From assembly GCA_036338595.1 (NCBI GenBank), contig JAYZBV010000101.1, positions 1 through 14,820 on the forward strand: 14,820 nucleotides of DNA, written 5' to 3'. Under the pieces are notes generated by a model, which was not told the DNA's origin, did not search any database, and saw only the letters and a program-made list of their open reading frames with translations. This document shows positions 1-8,936 of the stretch, piece after piece. This DNA is from Planctomycetota bacterium. Its GTDB lineage: Bacteria > Planctomycetota > UBA8108 > UBA1146. Numbering within the stretch: the stretch's first letter is position 1; each line of letters opens with the position of its first letter. The position numbers and the translations under genes were made by a program.

Positions 1-498
1 GACCATCAATGCTGTCAGAGCGATGGCCACCATCGAGATCAGTACCGCGCGCGAGATGTTCAGCAGAAATCCGAGCACCATTCCCAGAAGTGGCACCGGC
101 AACAGCAACATCGAGACATCCGGCTGCTGAAGAATCACCCAGTTGGCGATCAGGAATCCATTGAGCAGCAGGAAGCAGCGCCCGATGCGTGGCTCGTGTC
201 TGTGGCGCTCGGAACGCTGGGATCTATCCAGAAGCAACGCTCCGGCATGAATCAACACGACCGCGGCAAGCAGTTCACCCCAGTGCCAGGCAGAAGCTGG
301 CGTCAGATCGGGTGCGTCGACCCCCCGCCACCCCACCACGATGGTCGCAGCGACGATCTGGAACAGCAGGATCAGCAGCACCCGGAAGCGGTGTGCTGCA
401 AGTTGGTCCGCCGCGATCTGACCCGATCGCGTCGTCCTTCTGCCGAAAGAGAGTCGCTGCCAGGTCTTTCGACCGGCTCGACCGCGTGCGCTCGCCAT
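1..498 (-). CDS. Multi-pass membrane protein, 3'-truncated by the window edge; probably 7TM-HD (PgpH/YqfF-like) phosphohydrolase
   Basis: Not in the ORF track because there is no stop in the window. Manual translation from ATG 498: MASARGRAGRKTWQRLSFGRR...FRVLLILLFQIVAATIVVGW...WGELLAAVVLIHAGALLL...CFLLLNGFLIANWVIL...MLLLPVPLLGMVLGFLLNISRAVLISMVAIALTALMV. SD-like GGAAGGA lies upstream. Family call rests on position after phoH and TM pattern; the HD domain itself is not visible. Confidence 0.7.
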   Translation of the reverse strand, partial: MASARGRAGRKTWQRLSFGRRTTRSGQIAADQLAAHRFRVLLILLFQIVAATIVVGWRGVDAPDLTPASAWHWGELLAAVVLIHAGALLLDRSQRSERHRHEPRIGRCFLLLNGFLIANWVILQQPDVSMLLLPVPLLGMVLGFLLNISRAVLISMVAIALTALMV

Positions 499-636
499 GG
501 GTATCCTTCCACCCGATCGATGACCGGGTCCTGCGGGATCACCGTCGATCCCACAAGCACTCCATTGTCCGAGGAAACCGTCCATCTGTCCAAGGGATGC
601 CACAGATCGGAGGCTAAGTCGTTCAAGAAGTTGTGG

Positions 637-1638
637 TTACGATTTCTTCTGTGAAGCGGCAGCAGTGCCTTCGTGGCGTTCGTAGGCATCGACGATCCGG
701 GTCACGAGGCGGTTTCGCACAATATCGGCCGCCGTCAGATCGACCCAGGAGATCCCCTTCACCGTCCCGAGCACACGTCGAGCGTGGAGCAGGCCCGAAG
801 GCTGGCCCTTCTGAAGATCGAGCTGGGTCGGATCCCCGGTCACGACGATTCGTGATTTCGCCCCCATCCGGGTCAAGAACATCTTCATCTGCGCCGGAGT
901 CGTGTTCTGTGCCTCATCGAGGATGATGAATGCGTGGTTGAGGGTCCTGCCCCTCATGTACGCCAGCGGCACGATCTCGATGATCTCTCGATCGCTGTAT
1001 CGACGCACCTGATCGTAGTCGAGCATCTCGTGCAGTGAGTCGTAGAGAGGCCTCAGATAGGGATTCACCTTCTGCTGGAAGTCCCCCGGCAAGAAACCCA
1101 GTTTCTCGCCCGCCTCGACCGCAGGCCGGCACAGGATCAGTTTTCGTACCTCGCCCGCCTTCAGCGCCTCGACCGCGGCTCGCACGGCGAGATAGGTCTT
1201 GCCGGTTCCCGCAGGACCCAGAGATACGACGATCTCGTTCTGAGCCATCGCTTCCAGGTATCGCACCTGGCCATCGGTTCGGGCGATCCGGGTCAAGTCT
1301 CTCCAGCCCTGACCGTCCTCATCCGAGAACAGTTCTGCAGACCGATTGGTTGCTGCGACGGGCTCATCCGCCCCGGAGCCTCCTCGATGGTGACGGATGG
1401 CTGCGTCCAGTTCTTCTTCCGGCGTGGATTTTCCTGGCTTGCGATGAACTGCCTGCATCCGTTCGACCGCTACCTTTGCAGCGGCCACTCCCACTTCCGA
1501 CCCCTGCAGATCGAGGGATTGGCCCCGCGCCGATGCGACGATATCGAAGCCTTCTCGCATCTGTCTGAGATACATGTCCCGGACGCCGAGCACAGCCTGG
1601 GCTTCCTCGTCATCCTCGAACTCGATCGTTACCTCCAC
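637..1638 (-). CDS. phoH: PhoH family ATPase (YbeZ-like)
   Basis: Walker A GPAGTGKT, RPAVEAGEKLGFLPGD, PLAYMRGRTL, ILDEAQN, VTGDPTQLDL; GTG start with AGAGGA upstream. Confidence 0.96.
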   Translation of the reverse strand: MEVTIEFEDDEEAQAVLGVRDMYLRQMREGFDIVASARGQSLDLQGSEVGVAAAKVAVERMQAVHRKPGKSTPEEELDAAIRHHRGGSGADEPVAATNRSAELFSDEDGQGWRDLTRIARTDGQVRYLEAMAQNEIVVSLGPAGTGKTYLAVRAAVEALKAGEVRKLILCRPAVEAGEKLGFLPGDFQQKVNPYLRPLYDSLHEMLDYDQVRRYSDREIIEIVPLAYMRGRTLNHAFIILDEAQNTTPAQMKMFLTRMGAKSRIVVTGDPTQLDLQKGQPSGLLHARRVLGTVKGISWVDLTAADIVRNRLVTRIVDAYERHEGTAAASQKKS

Positions 1639-1655
1639 GGCTCATCCTCTCCGGA

Positions 1656-2540
1656 TCATGCTGCCAGGACCACGCGCCACCACAATACGAGGGGCATCAC
1701 CAGCACCAGGCTATCGAGCATGTCGAGGGCTCCTCCCAGTCCCGGGATCGAAGCACCCGAGTCCTTGCGGCCCGCACATCTCTTCATCGCAGACTCCTGA
1801 AGATCAGAGATCTGCCCCACCACTGCAACCAGCACCCCGAGTACCAGGGCCATGCCCGCCGAAAAGGTCGGATCGTCCAACTGCACCGCATAAAGGTAAC
1901 CGATGACAGCCGAGGTCAGGACCCCGGCGATCAGCCCCTCGATCGTCTTTCTGGGGCTGACCGGATGCAGCGGTCGCTTTCCGAACCTTCGCCCGATGAA
2001 GTAGGCGCCGGTGTCACTTCCCTTGACCATCAAGACGGTACACAGCACCAGATGAATCCCGACTGGATCCACCTCGGCCAGCACCACGGTGCAAACCATC
2101 GGAATCGACATCCATAGCACCGTCAGGGGCGGGTGCACTCTGGCCCAGAGAAGGTTCTTCTGGCCGCCGCTGAGCGCCGTCGAGACCAGCGCCCCGAGCA
2201 ACAACACGGCTCCGAACAAGGTTGTTGCAGGATTCGCCATCTCGCCAGGCCATGCGACGGATGAATTGAATCCCAATTGGCCCTCACTGGTGGTCAAGAC
2301 CACCCCGTAGAAGGTCACAACGTAGAAGGCGAGGACCCAGAGCAGCCGCCTTTCCCGGCGGAACCCCTGTGGGTGATCCAGCATCGAGAGCGCCTCGTAG
2401 GTGGCTCCGGTACCGAACACCAGGCACAGGATCCACAGCCCGTAACCATCGCTCCAGCCGAGCAAATCTGCGCCCATCAGTGCCACTGCACCGAGCAGAA
2501 TCGGAATTCCCCACAGCAACCTGCTGGCGAGCCCGCTCAC
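1656..2540 (-). CDS. cdsA: Phosphatidate cytidylyltransferase
   Basis: Hydrophobic protein with SDTGAYFIGRRFGK, SPRKTIEG, SDLQESAMKR..GRKDSG..IPGLGGALDMLDS; follows uppS with GTGA overlap. Confidence 0.95.
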   Translation of the reverse strand: MSGLASRLLWGIPILLGAVALMGADLLGWSDGYGLWILCLVFGTGATYEALSMLDHPQGFRRERRLLWVLAFYVVTFYGVVLTTSEGQLGFNSSVAWPGEMANPATTLFGAVLLLGALVSTALSGGQKNLLWARVHPPLTVLWMSIPMVCTVVLAEVDPVGIHLVLCTVLMVKGSDTGAYFIGRRFGKRPLHPVSPRKTIEGLIAGVLTSAVIGYLYAVQLDDPTFSAGMALVLGVLVAVVGQISDLQESAMKRCAGRKDSGASIPGLGGALDMLDSLVLVMPLVLWWRVVLAA

Positions 2541-3322
2541 GCCTCACCTCCGTGGGATCTGGAGGGAACCGATCCGAAACGGCGAGATCTGCGAGAGTAT
2601 TCCTCGAGAGCCAGATCGAGATGCTGGGCATCGAAATCGGGCCACAGAACATCGGTGAAATACAACTCGGCATAGGAGGACTGCCACAGCAAGAAGTTAG
2701 AGAGCCGCATCTCACCCCCGGTGCGGATCAGCAGGTCGAGATCGGTCATCCCCGGTTCATAGAGATGTTCACTGACCTGCCTCTCGCGCTGGCTGAGGGA
2801 GAGATCGACGTCTGCGCTGGCAGCGGAAGAGAGGGCATCGGCGATCTCGGCTCTGCCTCCGTAATTCACGGCAAGCCGGAACACGATACCCTCGTGATGG
2901 GCGGTCTCACGCCGGGCAACGTCGAGTGCCTGCACCACCTCTGGCGGCAATCCGTCGCGACGACCGATGGAGCGAAAACAGACCTGATGCCGATCCATCT
3001 CTTCGCGCTCCTGTTGGAGGTGTTGAACCAGCAACTCGAGCAGAAACTGCACTTCCGGATCGGGTCTGTGGAGCAGGTTTTCGGTCGAGAGCGCGAAGCA
3101 GGTGACCTCCGAGATGCCACGTTCCTTCGCCAATCTGATCATCCTCCGCAGCGACTGGGCACCCTCGGAATGTCCGTGAGTCCGGGGAAGTTGACGCTGC
3201 TGGGCCCAGCGGCCATTTCCATCCATGATGAACCCAATGTGGCGCGGACCCACTTGGCGAGGGTCCACCTCGTCTCCACCTTCAGGTCGCATCGGTAGCC
3301 CGAAATCCCCGGTCGAACTCAA
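2537..3322 (-). CDS. uppS: Undecaprenyl/isoprenyl diphosphate synthase (cis-prenyltransferase)
   Basis: HIGFIMDGNGRWA, GHSEG, FALSTEN, AVNYGGRAEI, DLLIRTGGEMRLSNFLLWQSSYAELYF, RRFG. TTG start overlaps the purA stop (TTGA) with GAGGGGG upstream; alternative ATG at 3292. Confidence 0.96.
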   Translation of the reverse strand: MSSTGDFGLPMRPEGGDEVDPRQVGPRHIGFIMDGNGRWAQQRQLPRTHGHSEGAQSLRRMIRLAKERGISEVTCFALSTENLLHRPDPEVQFLLELLVQHLQQEREEMDRHQVCFRSIGRRDGLPPEVVQALDVARRETAHHEGIVFRLAVNYGGRAEIADALSSAASADVDLSLSQRERQVSEHLYEPGMTDLDLLIRTGGEMRLSNFLLWQSSYAELYFTDVLWPDFDAQHLDLALEEYSRRSRRFGSVPSRSHGGEA

Positions 3323-4593
3323 GCGAGTTCCCCCTCTGCCCTGAACGGCTCAAAGACACAGACCTCGTCGCGACGGCGACCGGTCGACAGGATCGAGACG
3401 GGGATCCCGGTCGCCTGCCTCAGGCGATCGATGAAGGGTCGCATCGAGACTTCATCCACCTGAGACCAGCCAGGCCACTGTTCGATCACGGGCTCGAGGC
3501 CCTCCAGATCCGTCAGCGAATCGGGAAACTGATCCAGTGTCTCGCCATCGAGACGATAAGCCGTGACGACAGGAATCGTCTCCCAACCGTCGAGCACGTC
3601 CGCCTTGGTGAGTGCGAAGGAGTCGAGGTCATTGAGATCCACGGCGAAGCGAAGCGCCGGGATGTCGAGCCAGCCGACTCTCCTGGGGCGACCGGTCGTG
3701 GTCCCGAATTCCCCCCCTGCCTCACGCAACGCCTCGGCTTCTTCACCGTGAATCTCGGAGGGAAAGGGCCCCTCTCCCACTCGGGTGCAGTACGCCTTGG
3801 TGACTCCGACCACATGATCGACCTTGCGTGGAGAGAATCCTGTTCCCGGCCCCAGGCCGAGAAAGGAGGGGCTCGATGAGGTGACAAAGGGGTAAGTACC
3901 AAAATCGATGTCGAGCATGCATCCCTGGGCTCCCTCGAAGAGCAACTTCTTTCCCTGCTGATGCATCTTGTGCAGCAGTTGACGCGTGTCGGTCACCTGC
4001 GATTCGAGTCGGTCCTTCAATCGATGACAGATCTGGATCGCCTCATCGATTCCTTCACCGGGGATGCCGAGTCGTTGCGTACGTTCACGCAGCTTCTCGG
4101 GCAGGACATCTTCAATGAATCCGGGAGTCATGATGTCTCCCATCCGAATCCCGTCACGACCGAACTTGTCCTGATATGCAGGACCGATACCTCGGAGCGT
4201 GGTTCCGATCGGATGAGCAGCACTCTGTTCACGAATTTTCTCTACCGCTTGGTGATGTGGCAGCACAACGTGAGCTCTATCGGAGATCCTGATCCTGGAA
4301 ACCGCTTCCTCCGGGAGTGACTCGACTTCATCGAGCAACTTGTGAGGTTCGAGTACCATGCCGTTACCGAGAACCGCCAGGATCCCGTCGTGCAAGACTC
4401 CCATCGGCAGATGATGGAGGACATGGCGTACTTCACCGATATACACGGTGTGGCCGGCGTTGGCCCCTCCCTGGTAGCGAACGACGGCATCGGCATCACT
4501 CGCCAACACATCCACGATCTTACCCTTGCCCTCGTCACCCCAGTTCAATCCCACAACGCAGACATGCTGCATCTGCTTCTCCAGTTCTGTCAT
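3319..4593 (-). CDS. purA: Adenylosuccinate synthetase
   Basis: WGDEGKGK, GGANAGHT, IGTTLRGIGPAYQDK, FEGAQG, GTYPFVTSS, TRVGEGPFP, EFGTTTGRPRRVGWLD; ATGA overlap with serS. Confidence 0.98.
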   Translation of the reverse strand: MTELEKQMQHVCVVGLNWGDEGKGKIVDVLASDADAVVRYQGGANAGHTVYIGEVRHVLHHLPMGVLHDGILAVLGNGMVLEPHKLLDEVESLPEEAVSRIRISDRAHVVLPHHQAVEKIREQSAAHPIGTTLRGIGPAYQDKFGRDGIRMGDIMTPGFIEDVLPEKLRERTQRLGIPGEGIDEAIQICHRLKDRLESQVTDTRQLLHKMHQQGKKLLFEGAQGCMLDIDFGTYPFVTSSSPSFLGLGPGTGFSPRKVDHVVGVTKAYCTRVGEGPFPSEIHGEEAEALREAGGEFGTTTGRPRRVGWLDIPALRFAVDLNDLDSFALTKADVLDGWETIPVVTAYRLDGETLDQFPDSLTDLEGLEPVIEQWPGWSQVDEVSMRPFIDRLRQATGIPVSILSTGRRRDEVCVFEPFRAEGELA

Positions 4594-5876
4594 TTTGAGC
4601 CATCTTCTTTCGTCGGAATCATCTCGGTCAGTCCACCCATGTATGGCACGAGCACCTCGGGGATCTTCACTGATCCATCGGCTCGCTGGTTATTTTCAAG
4701 TATCGCAATCAGCACCCGTGGCGTGGCGATGGCAGTGTTGTTGAGCGTGTGGCAGAAATGGACCTTGCCATCCTCGCCTCGATATCGCAGGTCCATCCTG
4801 CGTGCCTGGTAACTGTGGAAACGGGAAGCAGAGTGCGTCTCGCCCCAGCCACGCGATGGCATCCACGCCTCGATATCAAACTTCCTCACCTGGCCAACTC
4901 CCAGATCGCCAGTACAGACATCGACCACCCTGTAGGGAATCTCCATCGCCTGAAGAATCTCCTCGGCATTATTCCTGATGAACTCGTGATGCTGGATCGA
5001 TTCCTCGATGTCGTTCTTGCAGATGATCACCTGCTCGACCTTGTTGAACTGGTGAATCCTGTACAGCCCGCGTGTCTCTTTCCCTGCAGCACCCGCCTCT
5101 CGACGGTAGCAGGTTGACCAACCGGCATAGCGAATCGGCAGCTGTGACTCCTCCAGTACCTCACCGCTGTGGAATGCAGTGACCGGAACCTCGCTGGTTC
5201 CGGTCAGGAACAGGTTGTCGCGCGGGATCTCGTAAGTTTGTTCCTCACCCCCCGGAAAATACGCGGTGCCATAGAGAGGTTCGTACTTGACCATCGTCGG
5301 CACCATCATCGGAGTGAACCCACGCTCCACCACATGGTCGAGAGCAAAGCGCAGCACTGCGAGTTCGAGCAGAGCACCGGCCCCCTTGAGGATGTAGGTC
5401 TGTGAACCGGCGAGTTTAGATGCTCTCGCAAAGTCAACGATGTCGAGAGCCTGGCCCAGTTCGACATGGTCCTTATGCTCGAACTCGAATTCAGTCGGGG
5501 TCCCGACCACCTTCAGTTCGACATTGTCACCGTCATCCTTGCCGACGGGTACCTCGGGGTCTGCCGGCATCGGAACTCTCGACTGGATGTCCTGGAGTTC
5601 ATCCAGCACCGCCCGCAACTGATCTCCAAGGATCTTGATCTTGTCCGAGACTTCGCCCATGCGCCCGATCGCCTGCTGTTTCGCATCCCCTTCCAGGGAA
5701 GCGATTTCCTTGCCAGCATTCTTCTGGTCATGGCGTAGCTGTTCCTGCTCCGTGAGCAGTTGCTTGCGTTCGTCATCGAGGTGGACCAGTCGGTCGAGAT
5801 TGACCTCGACACGCTTATCGAGAGCTCCCTGGCGAACCAGTTCCAGTTCGGACCGGATGTACTTGATGTCGAGCAT
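4590..5876 (-). CDS. serS: Serine--tRNA ligase
   Basis: MLDIKYIR N-terminus with coiled-coil arm, GTSEVP, CYRREAG, RGLYRIHQFNKVEQ, KFDIEAWMP, HTLNNT; SD GGAGG. Confidence 0.98.
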   Translation of the reverse strand: MLDIKYIRSELELVRQGALDKRVEVNLDRLVHLDDERKQLLTEQEQLRHDQKNAGKEIASLEGDAKQQAIGRMGEVSDKIKILGDQLRAVLDELQDIQSRVPMPADPEVPVGKDDGDNVELKVVGTPTEFEFEHKDHVELGQALDIVDFARASKLAGSQTYILKGAGALLELAVLRFALDHVVERGFTPMMVPTMVKYEPLYGTAYFPGGEEQTYEIPRDNLFLTGTSEVPVTAFHSGEVLEESQLPIRYAGWSTCYRREAGAAGKETRGLYRIHQFNKVEQVIICKNDIEESIQHHEFIRNNAEEILQAMEIPYRVVDVCTGDLGVGQVRKFDIEAWMPSRGWGETHSASRFHSYQARRMDLRYRGEDGKVHFCHTLNNTAIATPRVLIAILENNQRADGSVKIPEVLVPYMGGLTEMIPTKEDGSK

Positions 5877-5936
5877 CGGATCGCCTCCGGAGATGTGCTC
5901 GATATCCGCCCCCGGATTCGAGACTCCCGCCGGGCG

Positions 5937-5965
5937 AGGATAGACCCGTATCCCTCTCGCTTCAA
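5937..5965 (-). promoter_or_regulatory. Predicted sigma70-type promoter for the serS-purA-uppS-cdsA-phoH operon
   Basis: Minus strand TTGAAG-17 nt-TATCCT, about 60 nt upstream of the serS ATG. Confidence 0.6.
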
Positions 5966-5975
5966 TCGAGGCAGG

Positions 5976-7715
5976 TCAGGGAGTATCAGATAGTAGAGTC
6001 GCCACCTTGACGATTTCGAGCTGCACCTGGCACCAGCGGGCGATCTCGATCGCCGCCTCCTGCTGGAGGTCCTGGTCGTGCTCATCGGCCCCGATCAGGG
6101 CAGGAAGTAGCAATTCACGCGCTCGAGCGGGGTCGCCTGCCAGCGCCAGATCTCTCGCCCCTTGCAGGGCGGTGGCGAGCCTCTGGCGGGCGATCCGCTG
6201 CGCCAGGATCTCGAGTTTCCCCTCCAGCGTCGCCAGCACCTCATTCCTGGCCAACTCGAGATCGGACCGGGTCACTGGCAATCCCTCACGAGACAGATCG
6301 GAGGGAGCCACCGCCCGCTGGACCTCGATGGTCTGCTCGACCCGCCTTCCCATCTCATCGATCACCACGACGGGCAGGGTGCCGTGGATCACCCAGCTTT
6401 CACTGTTTCGTGGCGGCAGTTGTTCACTCCAGACGGTTCTCCAGCGTCGGGCAGGACTCCGTTCCAACCGACGAGACAGGCGCATTGCTTCCGCCAGGCG
6501 AAAAGAACGGCGCGATGAGAGCAGCAGAGCCTCGACCGGCGTCGCAGGAATCCAGCGGTGGGTGAGGTCGACGATCTCGCCGATCAACTGCTTCCACCGC
6601 TTCACATCGGCAAAGTGAGCGGGAGATCGACTCCAGACACGACCGTTTTCGCCCATCTTCGGCCTCGAACTGAGGGCCCCGATCGAACCCACCGTGGTGA
6701 CGGTCGCCACTCCCGGCCTGAGGATGAGTTGACGCCCATCCTCGATCGAGCTGCGAAGAGCACCTCGGATCACGACTGGCCGAAGAGGAATCTCGATTCT
6801 GGATCTCAGCAGCCCGAGGCGATCGCCGATCGGCTCGCCCGCTTCCAGCAAGATGGCCATCTTCAGCAGGGCTCCGCACGGCTGACCCGTAGCGAGAAGA
6901 GATTCTGCGTCGTCTCGAAGTTGTTGCAGTGCCCACCGGCCAGCAGCCCTGGAAGCAGGATCTTCTGCATCGATGGCACCGAGCAGTCGTGTCGCTGTCA
7001 GCACTGCGCAGGGGTCCTTACGTTGTTGGCCCTCACGGATGTCTGCCTTGATCTGCTCGAGGACGCCGTGACGCATCACGGCAACATATCGATCGAGCAA
7101 TGCATCATCTGGCAAACGCTGTAACAACGGTTCGAGGATCTTGATCGCCTCGACCGCATGGCCCTCCAGATAATGCTGCTGGGCGCTGCGGAGCACCTGA
7201 TCGCAAGATTCTCGCAATTCGATCCTGCGCCGCCAGTGGCTCAGAACCCGTTCGTGATGGCGCGGAGTTTCGATCCCTGCTGCGATGCAGGCGATGGGAA
7301 TTCGCTGCAATCGGGGAAACAGTTCCCGCATCTCTCTCGAACCATGAGGTCGCTCTGCACAGGCGAGTCGGTCGCGAAGATGTCGCCAAGCTCGATCCCG
7401 AACCTGATCGATCACCGGCTGACCACCAGGCTCTGGATGCAGCGGTGTGACAAATCTGCGCAGAGGAACTTGCAGCGCCAGCATCTCGAGGAAAGCATCT
7501 TCCCATCGAGCCTGCTCGAGGGAGTGGGTGGCCGCTTCGATGCGCTCGAGGTCGATGACACCCAACCTGGATTGCGGTGAGTCGGCATGAGTGCTGGAGC
7601 CTTCTCCATGCAGCACCACCACTCCTGTGGTGAGCAGAACCGTGGCGATGATGGTCGAATAGAACTTCAGGAATCGCACGACCGTGTTCCTCATCTGGAG
7701 AGGCTGCCGGGGCAT
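5976..7715 (-). CDS. Hypothetical exported or membrane-anchored alpha-helical protein with TPR-like segments
   Basis: Long ORF filling the ribD-serS gap in the same orientation as its neighbours; N-terminal hydrophobic stretch (FYSTIIATVLLTTGVVVL). Start uncertain (7772, 7715 or 7694). Confidence 0.75.
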   Translation of the reverse strand: MPRQPLQMRNTVVRFLKFYSTIIATVLLTTGVVVLHGEGSSTHADSPQSRLGVIDLERIEAATHSLEQARWEDAFLEMLALQVPLRRFVTPLHPEPGGQPVIDQVRDRAWRHLRDRLACAERPHGSREMRELFPRLQRIPIACIAAGIETPRHHERVLSHWRRRIELRESCDQVLRSAQQHYLEGHAVEAIKILEPLLQRLPDDALLDRYVAVMRHGVLEQIKADIREGQQRKDPCAVLTATRLLGAIDAEDPASRAAGRWALQQLRDDAESLLATGQPCGALLKMAILLEAGEPIGDRLGLLRSRIEIPLRPVVIRGALRSSIEDGRQLILRPGVATVTTVGSIGALSSRPKMGENGRVWSRSPAHFADVKRWKQLIGEIVDLTHRWIPATPVEALLLSSRRSFRLAEAMRLSRRLERSPARRWRTVWSEQLPPRNSESWVIHGTLPVVVIDEMGRRVEQTIEVQRAVAPSDLSREGLPVTRSDLELARNEVLATLEGKLEILAQRIARQRLATALQGARDLALAGDPARARELLLPALIGADEHDQDLQQEAAIEIARWCQVQLEIVKVATLLSDTP

Positions 7716-7733
7716 CCGGGAACCCCGATAATT

Positions 7734-7760
7734 CCTGGATCCGGACACACCGGATCCAGG
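7734..7760. repeat. Perfect 11-bp inverted repeat (hairpin)
   Basis: CCTGGATCCGG-acaca-CCGGATCCAGG between the ribD stop and the next gene; no U-tract on either side. Confidence 0.8.
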
Positions 7761-7802
7761 TAAGCCTATCATCCAGAAGGAGATATGGTCCTGGAGAGGC
7801 GT

Positions 7803-8936
7803 CTAGAGGGAGGCCTCGCCGAGCCCCTCGGCAGTGAGCGTAGCCTCCAGGACCCGATCATCGCCCGATTCGCGCCACTGCGGTTGATGCAACTCGATCG
7901 CCTCCTGCATCTTCGAGATGCCATCACCGCCGGTCGGCCCCGGGGCTGCGCGTCCACCGACCAGTTTCGGCGCGATGAGGATCTGGACCCGATCGATCAA
8001 CCGGGCATCGATGAATCGGCCATGGGTCTCACTACCACCCTCGACCAGAAGATGCTGGATCCCGCGGCCGGCGAGATCTTCCAGCAACACCTTCAGCGGC
8101 ATCCTGTCCTCCTCGAGCGGGAGCCCGATCAGTTGTGCTCCGGCACTTCGCAGTGCGGACGCTGGCTCTCCCTCCAGCTGATCCTGATGACAGAAGATGA
8201 GCGCCCCCCCGGGTTCCTTCAGCAGGGATGCCCCCGGGGGTGTCCGGCAACTGGAATCGATGACGATCCGCACCGGTTCGGGTTGGTCATCGACACGGCT
8301 GGTCAGTTGGGGATCATCCTGGAGCACCGTCTCGACTCCGACCAGGATCGCATCGATCAGCCCCCTCGCCTCTCGCGTGGCTGCTCTCGTCAGATCACTG
8401 GTGATCCATCGAGAATCTCCTCCGACGCAGGCGATCTTACCGTCCGCAGTCATCGCCCACTTGGCTGTAACGAGTGGTCGGCCATTTCGAATCCTGCACA
8501 GATAGGGAGCCGCCAGATAGCGCCCCTCTTGCACCATGAAATCTCTGACCACTTCGATCCCAGCAGCCTCGAGTTTCTGGTAGCCGACACCCGATGTGAC
8601 CGGGTTTGGATCGTCGACCGCCACGATCACGCGCCCGATCCCTGCCGCAATGATGGACTCGACACAGGGTGGTGTCTTGCCCTGATGACCACAGGGTTCG
8701 AGGGTGACATAGAGATCCGCTCCAGCGCCATCGAGTCCGGCCCGACGAGCCATCGCCAGGCAATTGACCTCGGCGTGAGCATCTCCGTAGGCCTGATGCC
8801 ATCCCTCAGCTGTTCCAGCAGCGCAGACCAGCACCGCACCGACAGCTGGATTGGGAGAGACTCTACCGAGTCCTCGCCTCGCCACCTCCAGCGCTCGTTG
8901 CATCTGCCTGGGGTCGGGGTCGGCTCTGGTCATCAC
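7803..8936 (-). CDS. ribD: Bifunctional riboflavin biosynthesis deaminase/reductase
   Basis: SPNPAVGAV, HAE, TLEPCGHQGKTPPC (Zn deaminase); KWAMTADGK, SRWIT, DDPQLT, LVEGG (reductase). Start GTG 8936 or ATG 8933, both overlapping the miaB stop. Confidence 0.97.
   Translation of the reverse strand: MMTRADPDPRQMQRALEVARRGLGRVSPNPAVGAVLVCAAGTAEGWHQAYGDAHAEVNCLAMARRAGLDGAGADLYVTLEPCGHQGKTPPCVESIIAAGIGRVIVAVDDPNPVTSGVGYQKLEAAGIEVVRDFMVQEGRYLAAPYLCRIRNGRPLVTAKWAMTADGKIACVGGDSRWITSDLTRAATREARGLIDAILVGVETVLQDDPQLTSRVDDQPEPVRIVIDSSCRTPPGASLLKEPGGALIFCHQDQLEGEPASALRSAGAQLIGLPLEEDRMPLKVLLEDLAGRGIQHLLVEGGSETHGRFIDARLIDRVQILIAPKLVGGRAAPGPTGGDGISKMQEAIELHQPQWRESGDDRVLEATLTAEGLGEASL

Noticed and set aside
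2369..3298. 309-aa plus-strand ORF and the other overlapping ORFs in the track
   Set aside because: Antisense or alternate-frame shadows of clearly identified housekeeping genes.
5877..5975. T-box riboswitch upstream of serS (and FMN riboswitch upstream of ribD)
   Set aside because: The serS leader is too short and lacks the AAGGTGGCACC-type T-box sequence; ribD has no leader because it overlaps miaB.
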